Assembly: GCA_001779315.1 (NCBI GenBank)
Contig: MFJU01000006.1
Span: 2,612 to 66,611 of the forward strand
Direction: 5' to 3'
DNA from: Candidatus Gottesmanbacteria bacterium RIFCSPLOWO2_01_FULL_42_22
Lineage (GTDB): Bacteria; Patescibacteriota; Microgenomatia; 2-02-FULL-39-11
DNA length: 64,000 bases
Part shown: one piece after another, positions 19,280 through 29,620 of the stretch
How the letters are laid out: each line of letters starts with the position of its first letter
Position numbering within the stretch: the stretch's first letter is position 1
The notes under the pieces: generated by a model
What the model was told of the DNA's origin: nothing
Database searches by the model: none
The model's input: the letters and a program-made list of their open reading frames with translations, nothing else
Translations under genes and position numbers: made by a program

Positions 19280-21022
19280 TTATCCTTGACGATGATCCTC
19301 AAGAACCGTTCCGCTTTCCAAACCCTGTTGGATTTGCGAGGAAAACATAGCGGCCATCAGCATCATCAGCTTTAGTTTATCTGCTAAATGCATGTTTCTG
19401 ACCACTTCTATACCATCAAACTCATGGATTATTTTATTTGCTTCAAGACGTTTAAATAGAAGGTTATTCAACTCGGATTCAGGCAGATTTTTTTCGGTTT
19501 CGGTAAGAGTAGATCTGACTACCCTTTCATTATGATGTTCCAGCCAGGCAGCCGGATCACCAATTTCCATAAGATCGATGCCCATAGTTTCCATTCTTTC
19601 GTTAACTCCGTCAAAAAGAGTTTCATCTGTGCATAAACTCTTGATAAATGTTTTTTCACCTGGACTCAATTGCATTCCTGTTTCTTTAACTAATTGATCG
19701 TACGTTCCATCAAAGTCAAAAAAAATACTCCCCTTTTTCCTGGCAATATGCTGGAAGCGGGCTCCTAATACAAGAATCCCGACGCGTGATAATTGTCCAT
19801 TTATTATATCCTGGTATAATTGCTCAGGTTCTTTCGAGACTTGTTGAAGCAGAGGACGAATAATTTCATTATCGAATTTAAATAAGCCTACATCAAGAGT
19901 TTTTAATACATTCGGGTCTGAAAATTCTTTATTTATTTTTTCCAGGACAGGCTTAAGTATATTCTGCATATTTTCCGGCAATCCTTTTATATACTCTTCG
20001 CCGGACATCTCCTGGAAATGGCTGTAAAGAAGGCCTGCTACCATCTGTTTGTTTCTGGCCAGCGCTTTGGGGGCAAGTTTAATGTCGCCGTTATTTAACG
20101 AGGTATATCCCTCGTAGAGATATTCCAGCCAGGCGATCATCTGGTTTGGCGAAAAGACTTTTTTTAATGCTTCCGGATCATTGACATCAATCCCGTCAGC
20201 CAGCGCCAGTATGTCGTGAATGGTATTCTTAGTCTCGTTATAAACAATCTCTTCAGGGCCAAGATTTTCCATATCCTCAGGTTCTTGAGGCTGTTTTTGT
20301 TCCTGTTGCCCTTTCACCGTATCATCCCGGCCTATAAATCTTATTGTCACCCTGTCATTTAGCCGCTTATCCGGTTTTTCGGTTTTTAATATAGCTGTTT
20401 TTGCCTTAAGCCTGAAAGCATATTGAGTCAATGGGTCCAGTGCATCAAAACCACTGTCATTGGCAGCAGGATTTTTTGTATCAGCCTTCCAGATGGATCT
20501 GGCCCTGGAAGTTATTTCTTCATTCCATTGTGCCAATGTGACAGGTTCGTCCCTTCCTGTAATTGTAACTTCTGTACATTCGGCCAGATTTTCCAACGTT
20601 GCAGTAGCATCATCGTGAATTTGTTGTTGATCATCCGTTTCGGCCGGAGTCGCCTTCAGGCGTTCTAAATTATCAATTACCTCTGCAAATGATTCTTGTT
20701 GAAGTTTTACAATTTGTTCCGCAGTTCTCTCTTTGGCAGGAGTTTCAAAAAAACTGCTTAACCTTTTTCTCGCTTCCTCAATTTCTTCATCAGCGCGGGA
20801 AACAGTATCAGCCAATGAAGCCCTTATTTTTTCATCTTCAATTGAAGTTAGTTGTGTGGCAATTTCTCCCGGGGTGGATTCACGGACGGATTTACCTTTA
20901 TCCAGCAATTGATTAGCCCGCAAAGTAGCAGAATTCAACTTGCCTATCTCTAAAGGTTTAAGTTTTTCTCCTGCCATTATTTGTCGCGGAATTGCTTCGA
21001 CTGCAGGGAGTGCTATGGTCAT
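19280..21022 (-). CDS. Large hypothetical protein (580 aa), acidic, no recognisable domain
   Basis: Long clean ORF, no TM segments; co-directional with and directly upstream of the HExxH membrane protein. Confidence 0.5.
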   Translation of the reverse strand: MTIALPAVEAIPRQIMAGEKLKPLEIGKLNSATLRANQLLDKGKSVRESTPGEIATQLTSIEDEKIRASLADTVSRADEEIEEARKRLSSFFETPAKERTAEQIVKLQQESFAEVIDNLERLKATPAETDDQQQIHDDATATLENLAECTEVTITGRDEPVTLAQWNEEITSRARSIWKADTKNPAANDSGFDALDPLTQYAFRLKAKTAILKTEKPDKRLNDRVTIRFIGRDDTVKGQQEQKQPQEPEDMENLGPEEIVYNETKNTIHDILALADGIDVNDPEALKKVFSPNQMIAWLEYLYEGYTSLNNGDIKLAPKALARNKQMVAGLLYSHFQEMSGEEYIKGLPENMQNILKPVLEKINKEFSDPNVLKTLDVGLFKFDNEIIRPLLQQVSKEPEQLYQDIINGQLSRVGILVLGARFQHIARKKGSIFFDFDGTYDQLVKETGMQLSPGEKTFIKSLCTDETLFDGVNERMETMGIDLMEIGDPAAWLEHHNERVVRSTLTETEKNLPESELNNLLFKRLEANKIIHEFDGIEVVRNMHLADKLKLMMLMAAMFSSQIQQGLESGTVLEDHRQG

Positions 21023-21114
21023 ATATTGTTACTATTACATAACATACACCCAATATCAACGCAGATAGCAGATTGGTTGATAGGTGAAGGTGGGTGTGTT
21101 ATCTTTGATGTAAC

Positions 21115-24100
21115 ATGCCCGACGAACCCTTGCCGGCAAATATTCATCCTGCAGACACAAATGGTAACCTAGACAATCCACCACTTGCTGATGATGCTTC
21201 CGGCGGTTCAAACAGTGGCGTTTCAAGCGGACTTGATAATAGTTTCACTCCCAGAGCCGGCGGTTGGTCAAGAGGTGAGGCAGTCAGAGGTGAGTACCGG
21301 GGTAAAACCGAAATTTTGACACCGGAAAGTGAAATTGATTTCGGACCGGAAACGGAATACCGCCTATGGCGCAAAGTCAACGAATTGTCCAGCATCATGG
21401 GTGACAACCCGGGAGTGGGACTGACGGGTTTATATATAAAAGATAAAAATGCAGATTGGCGGACACAAGCGATATCAGCATCATGGCAGGAATTCGGAGG
21501 TATCCTAGACCAACTGGATATTATCAGCCAACAGCTGGCTGAAAAAGCCGTTGAGATAGCGGCAGCAACAGTCGGTCCTACAAAGACAAAGCTTGAAAAT
21601 GAGCGGGATGTGTTTATAAAAGAGAGGGATAAGCTTATAAAGGTGAAGGATGAAAGGTCACAAACCCTATCAGGACAGCACATATTTGGCGGGATTGTTG
21701 AAGCGATGCAGGCCAACTATTTTGTCGCCCAGCAGGAATTGGCAATTTCAGCTCAAGTCGGCTTAGCCCTCTCCAAAGACCAGGATAGAAATTTAGCTTT
21801 TGTTTTACCAACCCCCCAGGATATTGACATAATCTTACAGCAGGCGATTCCTGCTGCTGACAGAGGGAAATTAATCTACCTGAAAGAGAAGTTGGGCATA
21901 AAAGGATTATCGGATAAATTAAAAGCAAAACATCTCTATTTAATTTTGAGCGAGCTGGCTGTTGGAGGGGCTGCTGATTTGGCCGTGACACAGTTATTAA
22001 ATAATCCGTCACTGGGGAAAGCTGCCGGAATTGGCGGAGTTGCTTTGGCGGGTTTACACTCGGCAGCACTTATCTTCCGTTCTGTAGGAAAAGCAGTAGA
22101 GAGAGGGCATGCTGAATGGCAGCTGGCCCAGCCTGAAGGAAAACCTGAAGAAAAACTCACATTTAAATTGACTCTGACTGATACTGGCAGACGGCTGACC
22201 AGAGATCCTAATAATCCCATTTCCAGGCATTTCTCGGGGGTGGAGGGGACAAGGAATGCCGTCAGATTTCTGACAGAAAGCGAGACCGTCCGCGCGGAAA
22301 TCGCCCATTCTCTTAGGGTGGAGCCTTGGCAGATAGATCTGGCAGCTCCTAAAATGGCAATTGCCGAAGGCCGCGGCCAGGATACAATTTTGAACGGTTT
22401 AGCCCAGGATTATAAGGTCATAATTTTAGAGAGGCAGTTCAAACATGCGGATGGCTCTGTTATGCGTTTTGACGAATTGACGTTGGAACAGCAATCAGAT
22501 GTCTGGAGCCGGGCAATAGATATGGCCATGCAGCAATTCGGCGGAGATGATATCCGGAGAAAACTTGAGGAAGTAGCCAAGCGGGAAGCCAGAGGAGAGA
22601 GACCGGAAAGGTTTGAGGGAAGGAATGGAGAATTAATGGAACGGGCCCAGCAACTTCGAAGCGGTCAGTTCACCGAGGAAACTGCATCATCCCAAACAGC
22701 TGCCGAATTATCAAAGGAAAAACAAAAGAAACAGAATAGTATGGAACGGATGGCAGCGGCTAAAGAAAGACTGATAACTTTGGCAGTGGAAATTACTACT
22801 AAGGAAAATGAACGGGCTAGCGCTCAAGAAAATTTAGCTTCTGCCAAAGATGTCAGGGGTAGGCCGACCGTGATAAAGATTGATCCGACAGATTCTAACA
22901 AAATTATTGTCGTCAGTAAGGGGACGGGAGAGATCGGGCAACTGGAGGAACAAAAAAAGCGTGCAGAGGCGCAATATCAAACAGCTTTTGAAGCTAATGG
23001 AAGTTACGTTTTAAACGCATCAGGAGTATACGTATCCCAAGGCCTGACAAATAATATTGTTCAAGCTGATTATCAGCTATCTAGGGCAACGGACAGAAGG
23101 ATGCAGGCAGAAAGGACTTTAAAAGAGAGAACAGAAAAACTTAAGCGTTTAAAACAAGAGTTTGCCCGAAATGAAACAGCAACTAAAAAACTATCCCCAG
23201 ATACTGTTACACAAAAGAAAAATGAAATTGAACAGCTTGAAAAAGATGATATTACAGCTGAAGGCAGTATTGCCCAATCTGATGAAGAATTTAAAAAAAC
23301 TACTGAAGAGGAAGCGGGCAAAAAAGCGCTAAGTAAAAACCTTCATGATATCTACGATAAAAATGATAGACTGATTCAAAAACTTGACGGAGAAGCTACC
23401 CAGGTGGGTTCATTAGCCTGGTTTGATGCTCAAATTATTGCCGCTGTCGAGGATGTCGCTAATAAGGAAAAGGTCGTTAAGCAGAAAAAGCGTGAATTAC
23501 AAAGACTGCTGAAAGATCGAAATCAGCTTCTGACCGATGCTTTTGGGAAAGGCATCGCCGGTCAAAATCCTTCCGTTGCCGCAATTGCAGATATCATCTC
23601 CTCAGCCAACTCCGACCTGACAAAGACAGAAGAGGAAATTGCTAATCTTCAGACATTGGAAGCGGCCGGAGGCAGGAAACCGACTGAGGAGGAATTAGAA
23701 AGGGCTGACGCCATTGAACTGGCAGCCGGCTTGGAAACACCTGAAAAAATCAACGAATTGGAAATGATACTCCTCCGCGGTGGATTAACGAAAGAACTTG
23801 TGGTGACACATGGTGATAAAGGTATCCGTTTGCTCTATGAAGCTATGTTCGGAAGCACTGCCGTCCTGGAAGGGAAGGGCGGTAAATATCGTTTAGCCAG
23901 GAGACTGCTTTCCAAAGGCATGATCGTGGATAAGGCTATTGTCTCTTCAGGACTTTGGGGAATCGCTGAAAACCTGGATGCTTTTTTCGGAGGCAGGAGC
24001 GATTTAAAAGCAGAATATCATAAGGCACAAACCAATATTGCCTTAATTGAAACTTACAGGAGGGAAATCGCTGAACTTCGCATAAGGGGAGAAAATGATA

Positions 24101-25191
24101 AGGCAAACGGAAGGCTGGTGGACATAAGGCGATTGCAGCAGGAAAACGACCTGAAGCTGGGCCTGGTCTACGATGAGCTGGTGACTCCCCTATTATGTTT
24201 GGATGAAGTTAAGACAGCCGGTCTGATGATATCCCTTGCCGATGATATTTACGAAAGATGTAAGCAATACAATCCCTTTGGTGAAATAATCGGCCACCCG
24301 CAGCAATTTCAGGACAGGGAAATACGATCGACAGCCAATGGGGAGGTTACGGTCTATTATCCGGAGAGGAATGACAATGGCAGTCTTAAAAAAAGATCAA
24401 CCGTTATTGTGGAAAACCCAGGAGGAAATAACGGTATCCGCTATGAGGTTGGTATTGACAATACTGCTCCTGAAGGAAAATTACAGTTGACTGCCGCTGT
24501 TCCCAAATCAGACCAAATCCTTGACAAATTACCGGATACAGTTGTTTCCACAATGCCGGAAGAACTCAAATTTTTCTTTTACGATCCGCTAACGTTAAAT
24601 AAACGGGCAGATATTTCCCGGATCAATGCTTTTATTGACGGATTGACCGATGTTGCAGCCGTACAGGCTCTAACTGGAAATAAGGCGATCATCAGAATGC
24701 TGTTTAAGGTTACCAGTGAAGGCCCGCCGATAACCTACGGGGATAAAATAGCATCATCAGAAATAGCCCAGTTTGTCATTAGAAGAGATGCGGTTACTAT
24801 TTCAGATTTAACCGCGCTGGAATCGGAAATAGATGCAATACTGACAGGTACACAAGCTGACTTTATGCATTCGCTGGGTAATGCCTTAATTTATAACTCT
24901 TCAGAAGAAAACCGGCAACTTTATCAGGAGCACTTTCGCAGAGTTGGTATAGTCCCTTCACCCCAGACTTTTGCCGGGTGTGACTATTTTGTGATTCAGA
25001 ATGAATCAGGCAGACTGATTGCATATTATCAAAATCCATCTAATAATCGAGATGAGTCGTTAGAGTTGTATCAGATAATTGAGCAAAGGAGAATCCCTTC
25101 CTTAAATTATAATCTAAGCCAGGATGAGATTAATGCCTTGCTTCAGAGGGCAGCTGCTGAAGGATTTACAGCAATGCGGAAAGTCAGTTAA
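21115..25191 (+). CDS. Giant hypothetical protein (1358 aa) with Ser/Gly-rich N-terminus, long central coiled-coil and a distinct C-terminal globular domain
   Basis: Long clean ORF divergent from the 580-aa gene; extensive E/K/Q-rich heptad-like stretches between residues ~480-900; no catalytic motif recognised. Confidence 0.5.
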   Translation: MPDEPLPANIHPADTNGNLDNPPLADDASGGSNSGVSSGLDNSFTPRAGGWSRGEAVRGEYRGKTEILTPESEIDFGPETEYRLWRKVNELSSIMGDNPGVGLTGLYIKDKNADWRTQAISASWQEFGGILDQLDIISQQLAEKAVEIAAATVGPTKTKLENERDVFIKERDKLIKVKDERSQTLSGQHIFGGIVEAMQANYFVAQQELAISAQVGLALSKDQDRNLAFVLPTPQDIDIILQQAIPAADRGKLIYLKEKLGIKGLSDKLKAKHLYLILSELAVGGAADLAVTQLLNNPSLGKAAGIGGVALAGLHSAALIFRSVGKAVERGHAEWQLAQPEGKPEEKLTFKLTLTDTGRRLTRDPNNPISRHFSGVEGTRNAVRFLTESETVRAEIAHSLRVEPWQIDLAAPKMAIAEGRGQDTILNGLAQDYKVIILERQFKHADGSVMRFDELTLEQQSDVWSRAIDMAMQQFGGDDIRRKLEEVAKREARGERPERFEGRNGELMERAQQLRSGQFTEETASSQTAAELSKEKQKKQNSMERMAAAKERLITLAVEITTKENERASAQENLASAKDVRGRPTVIKIDPTDSNKIIVVSKGTGEIGQLEEQKKRAEAQYQTAFEANGSYVLNASGVYVSQGLTNNIVQADYQLSRATDRRMQAERTLKERTEKLKRLKQEFARNETATKKLSPDTVTQKKNEIEQLEKDDITAEGSIAQSDEEFKKTTEEEAGKKALSKNLHDIYDKNDRLIQKLDGEATQVGSLAWFDAQIIAAVEDVANKEKVVKQKKRELQRLLKDRNQLLTDAFGKGIAGQNPSVAAIADIISSANSDLTKTEEEIANLQTLEAAGGRKPTEEELERADAIELAAGLETPEKINELEMILLRGGLTKELVVTHGDKGIRLLYEAMFGSTAVLEGKGGKYRLARRLLSKGMIVDKAIVSSGLWGIAENLDAFFGGRSDLKAEYHKAQTNIALIETYRREIAELRIRGENDKANGRLVDIRRLQQENDLKLGLVYDELVTPLLCLDEVKTAGLMISLADDIYERCKQYNPFGEIIGHPQQFQDREIRSTANGEVTVYYPERNDNGSLKKRSTVIVENPGGNNGIRYEVGIDNTAPEGKLQLTAAVPKSDQILDKLPDTVVSTMPEELKFFFYDPLTLNKRADISRINAFIDGLTDVAAVQALTGNKAIIRMLFKVTSEGPPITYGDKIASSEIAQFVIRRDAVTISDLTALESEIDAILTGTQADFMHSLGNALIYNSSEENRQLYQEHFRRVGIVPSPQTFAGCDYFVIQNESGRLIAYYQNPSNNRDESLELYQIIEQRRIPSLNYNLSQDEINALLQRAAAEGFTAMRKVS

Positions 25192-25209
25192 TATAAATAA
25201 AATGTAAAT

Positions 25210-25563
25210 ATGCAGATATCCTTAAAATCACTTTTGCTGGCAGCCAATTATCCCGAGGAGGAAGTAGGGCTACTCCTGTCAAAAGAAGAATTTTTAACTG
25301 ATGAGGAAAAATTTAAGCTGACTGAAACCGCCTGGTATTTGATCTCCCAAAAATATATTTCAATGCAGAATTTACATAATACTCAGGTTTGGAGGGAGAT
25401 TGGTGAAGGTAAGAGAAAATATAATAAGAATGATTTCGAAGAAATTAAGGCAAGATTAATTCACGAAATAATCGAAAAACTGGAAATCACAAATGAACAA
25501 ACACTAATTGATGAAGTCCGGCAAAAGCTGGAGAAATTTAAAACTGAAAAAGCTAATTCCTGA
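25210..25563 (+). CDS. Hypothetical small protein (117 aa) immediately downstream of the giant ORF
   Basis: 18-nt spacing from the preceding stop; acidic and helical; no motif. Confidence 0.35.
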   Translation: MQISLKSLLLAANYPEEEVGLLLSKEEFLTDEEKFKLTETAWYLISQKYISMQNLHNTQVWREIGEGKRKYNKNDFEEIKARLIHEIIEKLEITNEQTLIDEVRQKLEKFKTEKANS

Positions 25564-25673
25564 AATTTTAAAAATCCAATTTTAATTAGGAAATGTTCTC
25601 CGTTTCCTTTCCCGTAAAAATTAAGTATCATTTAGGATAGAAGCAGATAATGCGTTCGTATTAGTTTCAATCT

Positions 25674-26096
25674 ATGGATTCCGTAAATGTCTTTACTGAT
25701 GGGGGAGCCAGGGGCAATCCGGGGCCGGCGGCTATCGGTGCGGTAATAATAGCCGAACCTGGAATAAAGACCTATAGGATTTCGCGAAAAATTGGCTCAA
25801 CTACCAATAACGATGCCGAGTACCAGGCGGTTTTGGCCGCCCTAGTTTTTTTGAAGGATTCTAAAAATATATTGGGAATTTACGAAAAAACTGTTATTAA
25901 TTTCTATTCCGATTCGACTTTGATCGTCAATCAGATTAACGGGCTGTTTAAAATTAAGCAGCCCCTTTTTAAGGAATATTTTTTGAAAATCAGATACCTG
26001 GAGCAGGAAATAAAAGCTAATATATATTACCGGACAATACCCAGGGAAAAAAATACGGAAGCTGATAAACTGGTTAATCAGGCTTTAGATGAATAA
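25674..26096 (+). CDS. rnhA: Ribonuclease HI
   Basis: VFTDGGARGNPGPAAIGAVI (catalytic Asp/Glu region of RNase H type 1); 140 aa. Confidence 0.8.
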   Translation: MDSVNVFTDGGARGNPGPAAIGAVIIAEPGIKTYRISRKIGSTTNNDAEYQAVLAALVFLKDSKNILGIYEKTVINFYSDSTLIVNQINGLFKIKQPLFKEYFLKIRYLEQEIKANIYYRTIPREKNTEADKLVNQALDE

Positions 26097-28380
26097 CATA
26101 ATTGAAAACACCTCGTCGCTTTTAGCCCTGGTCACCGGACGCTGGGACGGGGTTCATATTTTGGCGGAAAAATTAAGAAAGGGCAACTGCCAGGTTATCG
26201 CCACAGACAAATTACCAACCAGCGGTAAATTTGACTATATATTCCTTTTCGGTTCGGTAGAGGATGCCTATCAGGCATTTTTGAAATTACTGAAGGAAAA
26301 CAGCCGGATGCTGCTTATAACCGGCCACAGGGATGAGGATTTAAGTAAACTCGAAAATTTGGATAACATCAAAATTGTTAAAGTAAGGGATTTATCAGAC
26401 TGGAATCAGGAGGAACTCTCTGAAATTTTACTAAAAATAATTTTTACACCGTCAGTCAAAAAAATCTTTACTCTTAAAAGCAAAAATGGGTCGAGTAGTA
26501 AAAAACCGGATAAAATCCGCCGCATAACAGAATATCCTGTTTCGGCGATTACCACCAGGAAAATCAGAGGTTACCTGCCTGTTTTACTTTCTTTGTTTGT
26601 CTTTGCAGTTTTAATCGGGGCCAGCACATTCGTCTGGTATTTTTATTCAGTAAAAAATATTTTTACCGATTTAAAAAATAATTTAACTGTAGGGAATATG
26701 GAGGAGGTGCGCCTGAATTTAGCCAGCGCCGAAGATAAAATAAAAATTGCCAAGGGACTGTTTAATACGACCTCCGTAGTTTTCTTCCCGCTTAAAAACT
26801 CCACGTCTTTGCTTAATCTGGGACAGATGATTGATTCAACCGACCGCATGCTGACAGTTGTCCATGGATCAATAAATTTAATTGATGAAATAAAAGCCGG
26901 TAATCAAAATTACCCCCTGGTCAATTTTAACTTTTCCAAAAGCAATTTTAACTCGCTGGTGGAGACGGTGTCAGCCCTTGACTTTGCGGCAGGAGATCTG
27001 CAGGAAAAAATCGTATCGACCCAATTACCGTATTTTCCGAAAGAGAACCTTTTGCCGATGATAGTAGAAGCCAGACAAAATCTGGCCTCAGTTAAAGAAA
27101 CTGTGCCGGTATTGGAAACGGTATTTTCCTCTCCTTCCCCTAAGACATATCTTTTACTTTTCCAAAATAACATGGAATTGCGGGCAACCGGCGGTTTTAT
27201 CGGTTCTGTCGGATTATTGACTATCACCAGCGGCTTAATAGAGGATTTCAGGATAATGGATGTTTATAGTTTGGACGGGCAGTTAAAAGGACATGTCGAA
27301 CCGCCTCTGCCCATACGATTGTATTTAAACCAACCGAACTGGTTTCTCAGAGACAGCAATTTTGATCCTGATTTTGCCAAAGCCTCCATTCAGGCCGAAT
27401 GGTTTATCAGAAAAATATTGAATAAGGAAATTGACGGGGTGATCGGTATAAACCTTTTTTTTGTCCAGGATTTATTGGCAGCTGTCGGGCCGGTAACTTT
27501 GGCTGATTTTGGCAACGAAGTTATAACTGCAGATAATTTATTCGTCAAAAGCCAGCTGCACATCCAATCCGGTTTTTTCGAAGGTTCATCCACCAAAAAA
27601 GATTTTCTGACCGCACTCTCCCAAAGTCTACAGACGAAAGTTTCCGCGGAAAAAACTTCAATTTTCAAATTAGCCCAAGTAGTTAAAAAATCATTGGACG
27701 AGAAAAATATCCTTATTTACCTCAATGACGGGACCGGCCAGAATAAAATCGAACATCTGGGATGGGGCGGCAGAATCTTCAGCGTCAATTGCTTAAGCCG
27801 CGAAGAAAATTGCCTTGCCGATTATCTGTATCTGGTTGACAGCAATTTAGGTGTTAACAAAGCCAACTTTTTTATCAAAAAATCAGCCAATATCAGAAAA
27901 AAAATCAATAAGGAAGGACAAATAGAAACCGAGCTGGAAATAAGTATGGAAAATCAGGGATCTTCAGCCTATTTACAGGGCGGGGTTTATACCGATTATT
28001 TAAGAATAATCGTACCGCGCGGCAGCCGTTTGGTTTCTGCCAATCTTTCAGGCAGGGAAATAGAAAAATCTTCCATTGAAAGCAGCGATTACCAGACTGA
28101 TAAAACATCTTTTGGGATGCTTCTCAAGATTCCTGAATTGAAATTAAGCCGACTTTTTCTTACATTCCTCCAGATGAACCCTGTAAAAAATAATATCCGC
28201 GAGTATCAGTTTTATATGCAAAAGCAACCCGGGGACAAGTCATACAGTTTCAATCTGGCAGTTGAATCAGCCAAAATTAATTTTCAGCCCAAGAATTTCT
28301 CTTCAGTTACCAAAGAAGGCATCAATATTGCTTCGGATACTTCAGTTGACCGTATATTTACTTTCAATGTCAGCCCTTAG
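26089..28380 (+). CDS. DUF4012 domain membrane protein (cytoplasmic N-terminal domain, single TM, large extracytoplasmic DUF4012 region)
   Basis: Motif NMELRATGGFIGSVGLL typical of DUF4012; TM helix LPVLLSLFVFAVLIGASTFVWYF; 763 aa. DUF4012 proteins commonly pair with LCP enzymes. Confidence 0.55.
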   Translation: MNNIIENTSSLLALVTGRWDGVHILAEKLRKGNCQVIATDKLPTSGKFDYIFLFGSVEDAYQAFLKLLKENSRMLLITGHRDEDLSKLENLDNIKIVKVRDLSDWNQEELSEILLKIIFTPSVKKIFTLKSKNGSSSKKPDKIRRITEYPVSAITTRKIRGYLPVLLSLFVFAVLIGASTFVWYFYSVKNIFTDLKNNLTVGNMEEVRLNLASAEDKIKIAKGLFNTTSVVFFPLKNSTSLLNLGQMIDSTDRMLTVVHGSINLIDEIKAGNQNYPLVNFNFSKSNFNSLVETVSALDFAAGDLQEKIVSTQLPYFPKENLLPMIVEARQNLASVKETVPVLETVFSSPSPKTYLLLFQNNMELRATGGFIGSVGLLTITSGLIEDFRIMDVYSLDGQLKGHVEPPLPIRLYLNQPNWFLRDSNFDPDFAKASIQAEWFIRKILNKEIDGVIGINLFFVQDLLAAVGPVTLADFGNEVITADNLFVKSQLHIQSGFFEGSSTKKDFLTALSQSLQTKVSAEKTSIFKLAQVVKKSLDEKNILIYLNDGTGQNKIEHLGWGGRIFSVNCLSREENCLADYLYLVDSNLGVNKANFFIKKSANIRKKINKEGQIETELEISMENQGSSAYLQGGVYTDYLRIIVPRGSRLVSANLSGREIEKSSIESSDYQTDKTSFGMLLKIPELKLSRLFLTFLQMNPVKNNIREYQFYMQKQPGDKSYSFNLAVESAKINFQPKNFSSVTKEGINIASDTSVDRIFTFNVSP

Positions 28381-29523
28381 GTCAGGTAAATAGGCTGACA
28401 GAAGCGATTCGGCTTTTGCCATATATTGCCCGTTTTGAAAAGCAGTCATTTCCTGAAGATAGTTGTTTAAGACCTCATTTAGCTCTGATTTCTCGATTAT
28501 TGACCGGCTATAAACTTCCAAAAGGCGGTAATGCAGGTCCTGCCTTTCAGCTTCATTTTCCAGCTGAAGCCAAAGTTTTTGAGAGAACGGAGTCTCGATA
28601 ATTTTCCTGGCTGATTCTGTTTTGCCGGATTTAAGCAGATTAGAAGCGCGCAAGATTAAATTTTCCTGATAATCAACTAAATTCTGCTGGTATTGCCAAA
28701 ATGACTGGTCTTTGTCCTCCGGCTGGTATTCAACTTCCGGCAGATGAAGATCCCTGACATATGGCGACTGTTTGGGCAGAGTTTCCAATAAGATATTATC
28801 GGGATTTTTATAGACCCCGTTTTGATAAAAAGATTGAAGCAGATACTCCGCCTGATGATAAGTCAAATCAGTATCAACCGTATTTAAAAGCCATGATTTT
28901 ATACTTTGAGGCATATTATAAAATTCTTCAAAATGGGTAGTGATCATATCTTTAATAAAAAGAGCCTGATTGTGACTCCGCTGATTGTCACCGATAGCGT
29001 ATTGGCGTGACCTTAGAAACTGTAAAGTTGAGGTGGTCGGCATTTTTAAAGTCCTGAAGATTCCCAACGTTTCGGAAAAACCGATTTTAACTACCGCATC
29101 TATTTTTATTTGGGACATTTTCTCAATTTGCCCTATGGTATATTCAATACCGTTCCGGCTGCAGCTGTTAGCCAGATAGGTGGAATCGGTTTCAGGGGAG
29201 AGAAAAGTCCCGCGGGGGATGGAGGAAATAAGCAAATAATTGAATTTGGGAGAAAAACTGAAGATATGTACGGCATCGCAGCGGGGTTTATTATCACCCT
29301 TTCTGCTGTCCAGCCCCAGAAGCAGGATATGATATTCCCTTTCAGGGATAGAATCTTCATCATCTGCCGAGAGCGAAATATTTGATTTTGTTTCAGCTGA
29401 TTCTTTGACTGATACAGGGTTAAGCAGTATTTTAGGTCCGGAATTTACGGCAAACAAGGCAGTCAGGAACAGCAAATTGACAAACAAAATGGCTGACCAG
29501 GAAAAATAATAAAATTTACCCAT
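28342..29523 (-). CDS. LytR-CpsA-Psr (LCP) family cell-envelope phosphotransferase
   Basis: Signal/TM N-terminus, then ILLLGLDSRKGDNKPRCDAVHIFSFSP (LCP N-terminal signature LLLG-DSR...R-D-I); 393 aa; convergent with and overlapping the DUF4012 gene. Confidence 0.6.
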   Translation of the reverse strand: MGKFYYFSWSAILFVNLLFLTALFAVNSGPKILLNPVSVKESAETKSNISLSADDEDSIPEREYHILLLGLDSRKGDNKPRCDAVHIFSFSPKFNYLLISSIPRGTFLSPETDSTYLANSCSRNGIEYTIGQIEKMSQIKIDAVVKIGFSETLGIFRTLKMPTTSTLQFLRSRQYAIGDNQRSHNQALFIKDMITTHFEEFYNMPQSIKSWLLNTVDTDLTYHQAEYLLQSFYQNGVYKNPDNILLETLPKQSPYVRDLHLPEVEYQPEDKDQSFWQYQQNLVDYQENLILRASNLLKSGKTESARKIIETPFSQKLWLQLENEAERQDLHYRLLEVYSRSIIEKSELNEVLNNYLQEMTAFQNGQYMAKAESLLSAYLPDLRADIESKYTVN

Positions 29524-29582
29524 CTATCTCATTATAGGCAGGTAGTTTTTTTATTTTCAACAAGCCTGTGCCAAAATTTCAG

Positions 29583-29611
29583 TTGACTTATGGTAATTGA
29601 ATCTTTACAAT
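29583..29611 (+). promoter_or_regulatory. Sigma-70-type promoter for rplY (-35 TTGACT 29583-29588, 17-nt spacer, -10 TACAAT 29606-29611)
   Basis: Near-consensus hexamers with ideal spacing; the predicted TSS (~29618) falls 2-3 nt before the ATG at 29621, implying a leaderless or near-leaderless mRNA. Confidence 0.6.
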
Positions 29612-29620
29612 ACTAGGATT

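Noticed and set aside
29597-29620. Longer N-terminus for L25 (MNLYNTRIMNKTS...)
   Set aside because: It would place a near-consensus sigma-70 promoter inside the coding region; the internal ATG at 29621 is favoured, though homolog alignment could overturn this.
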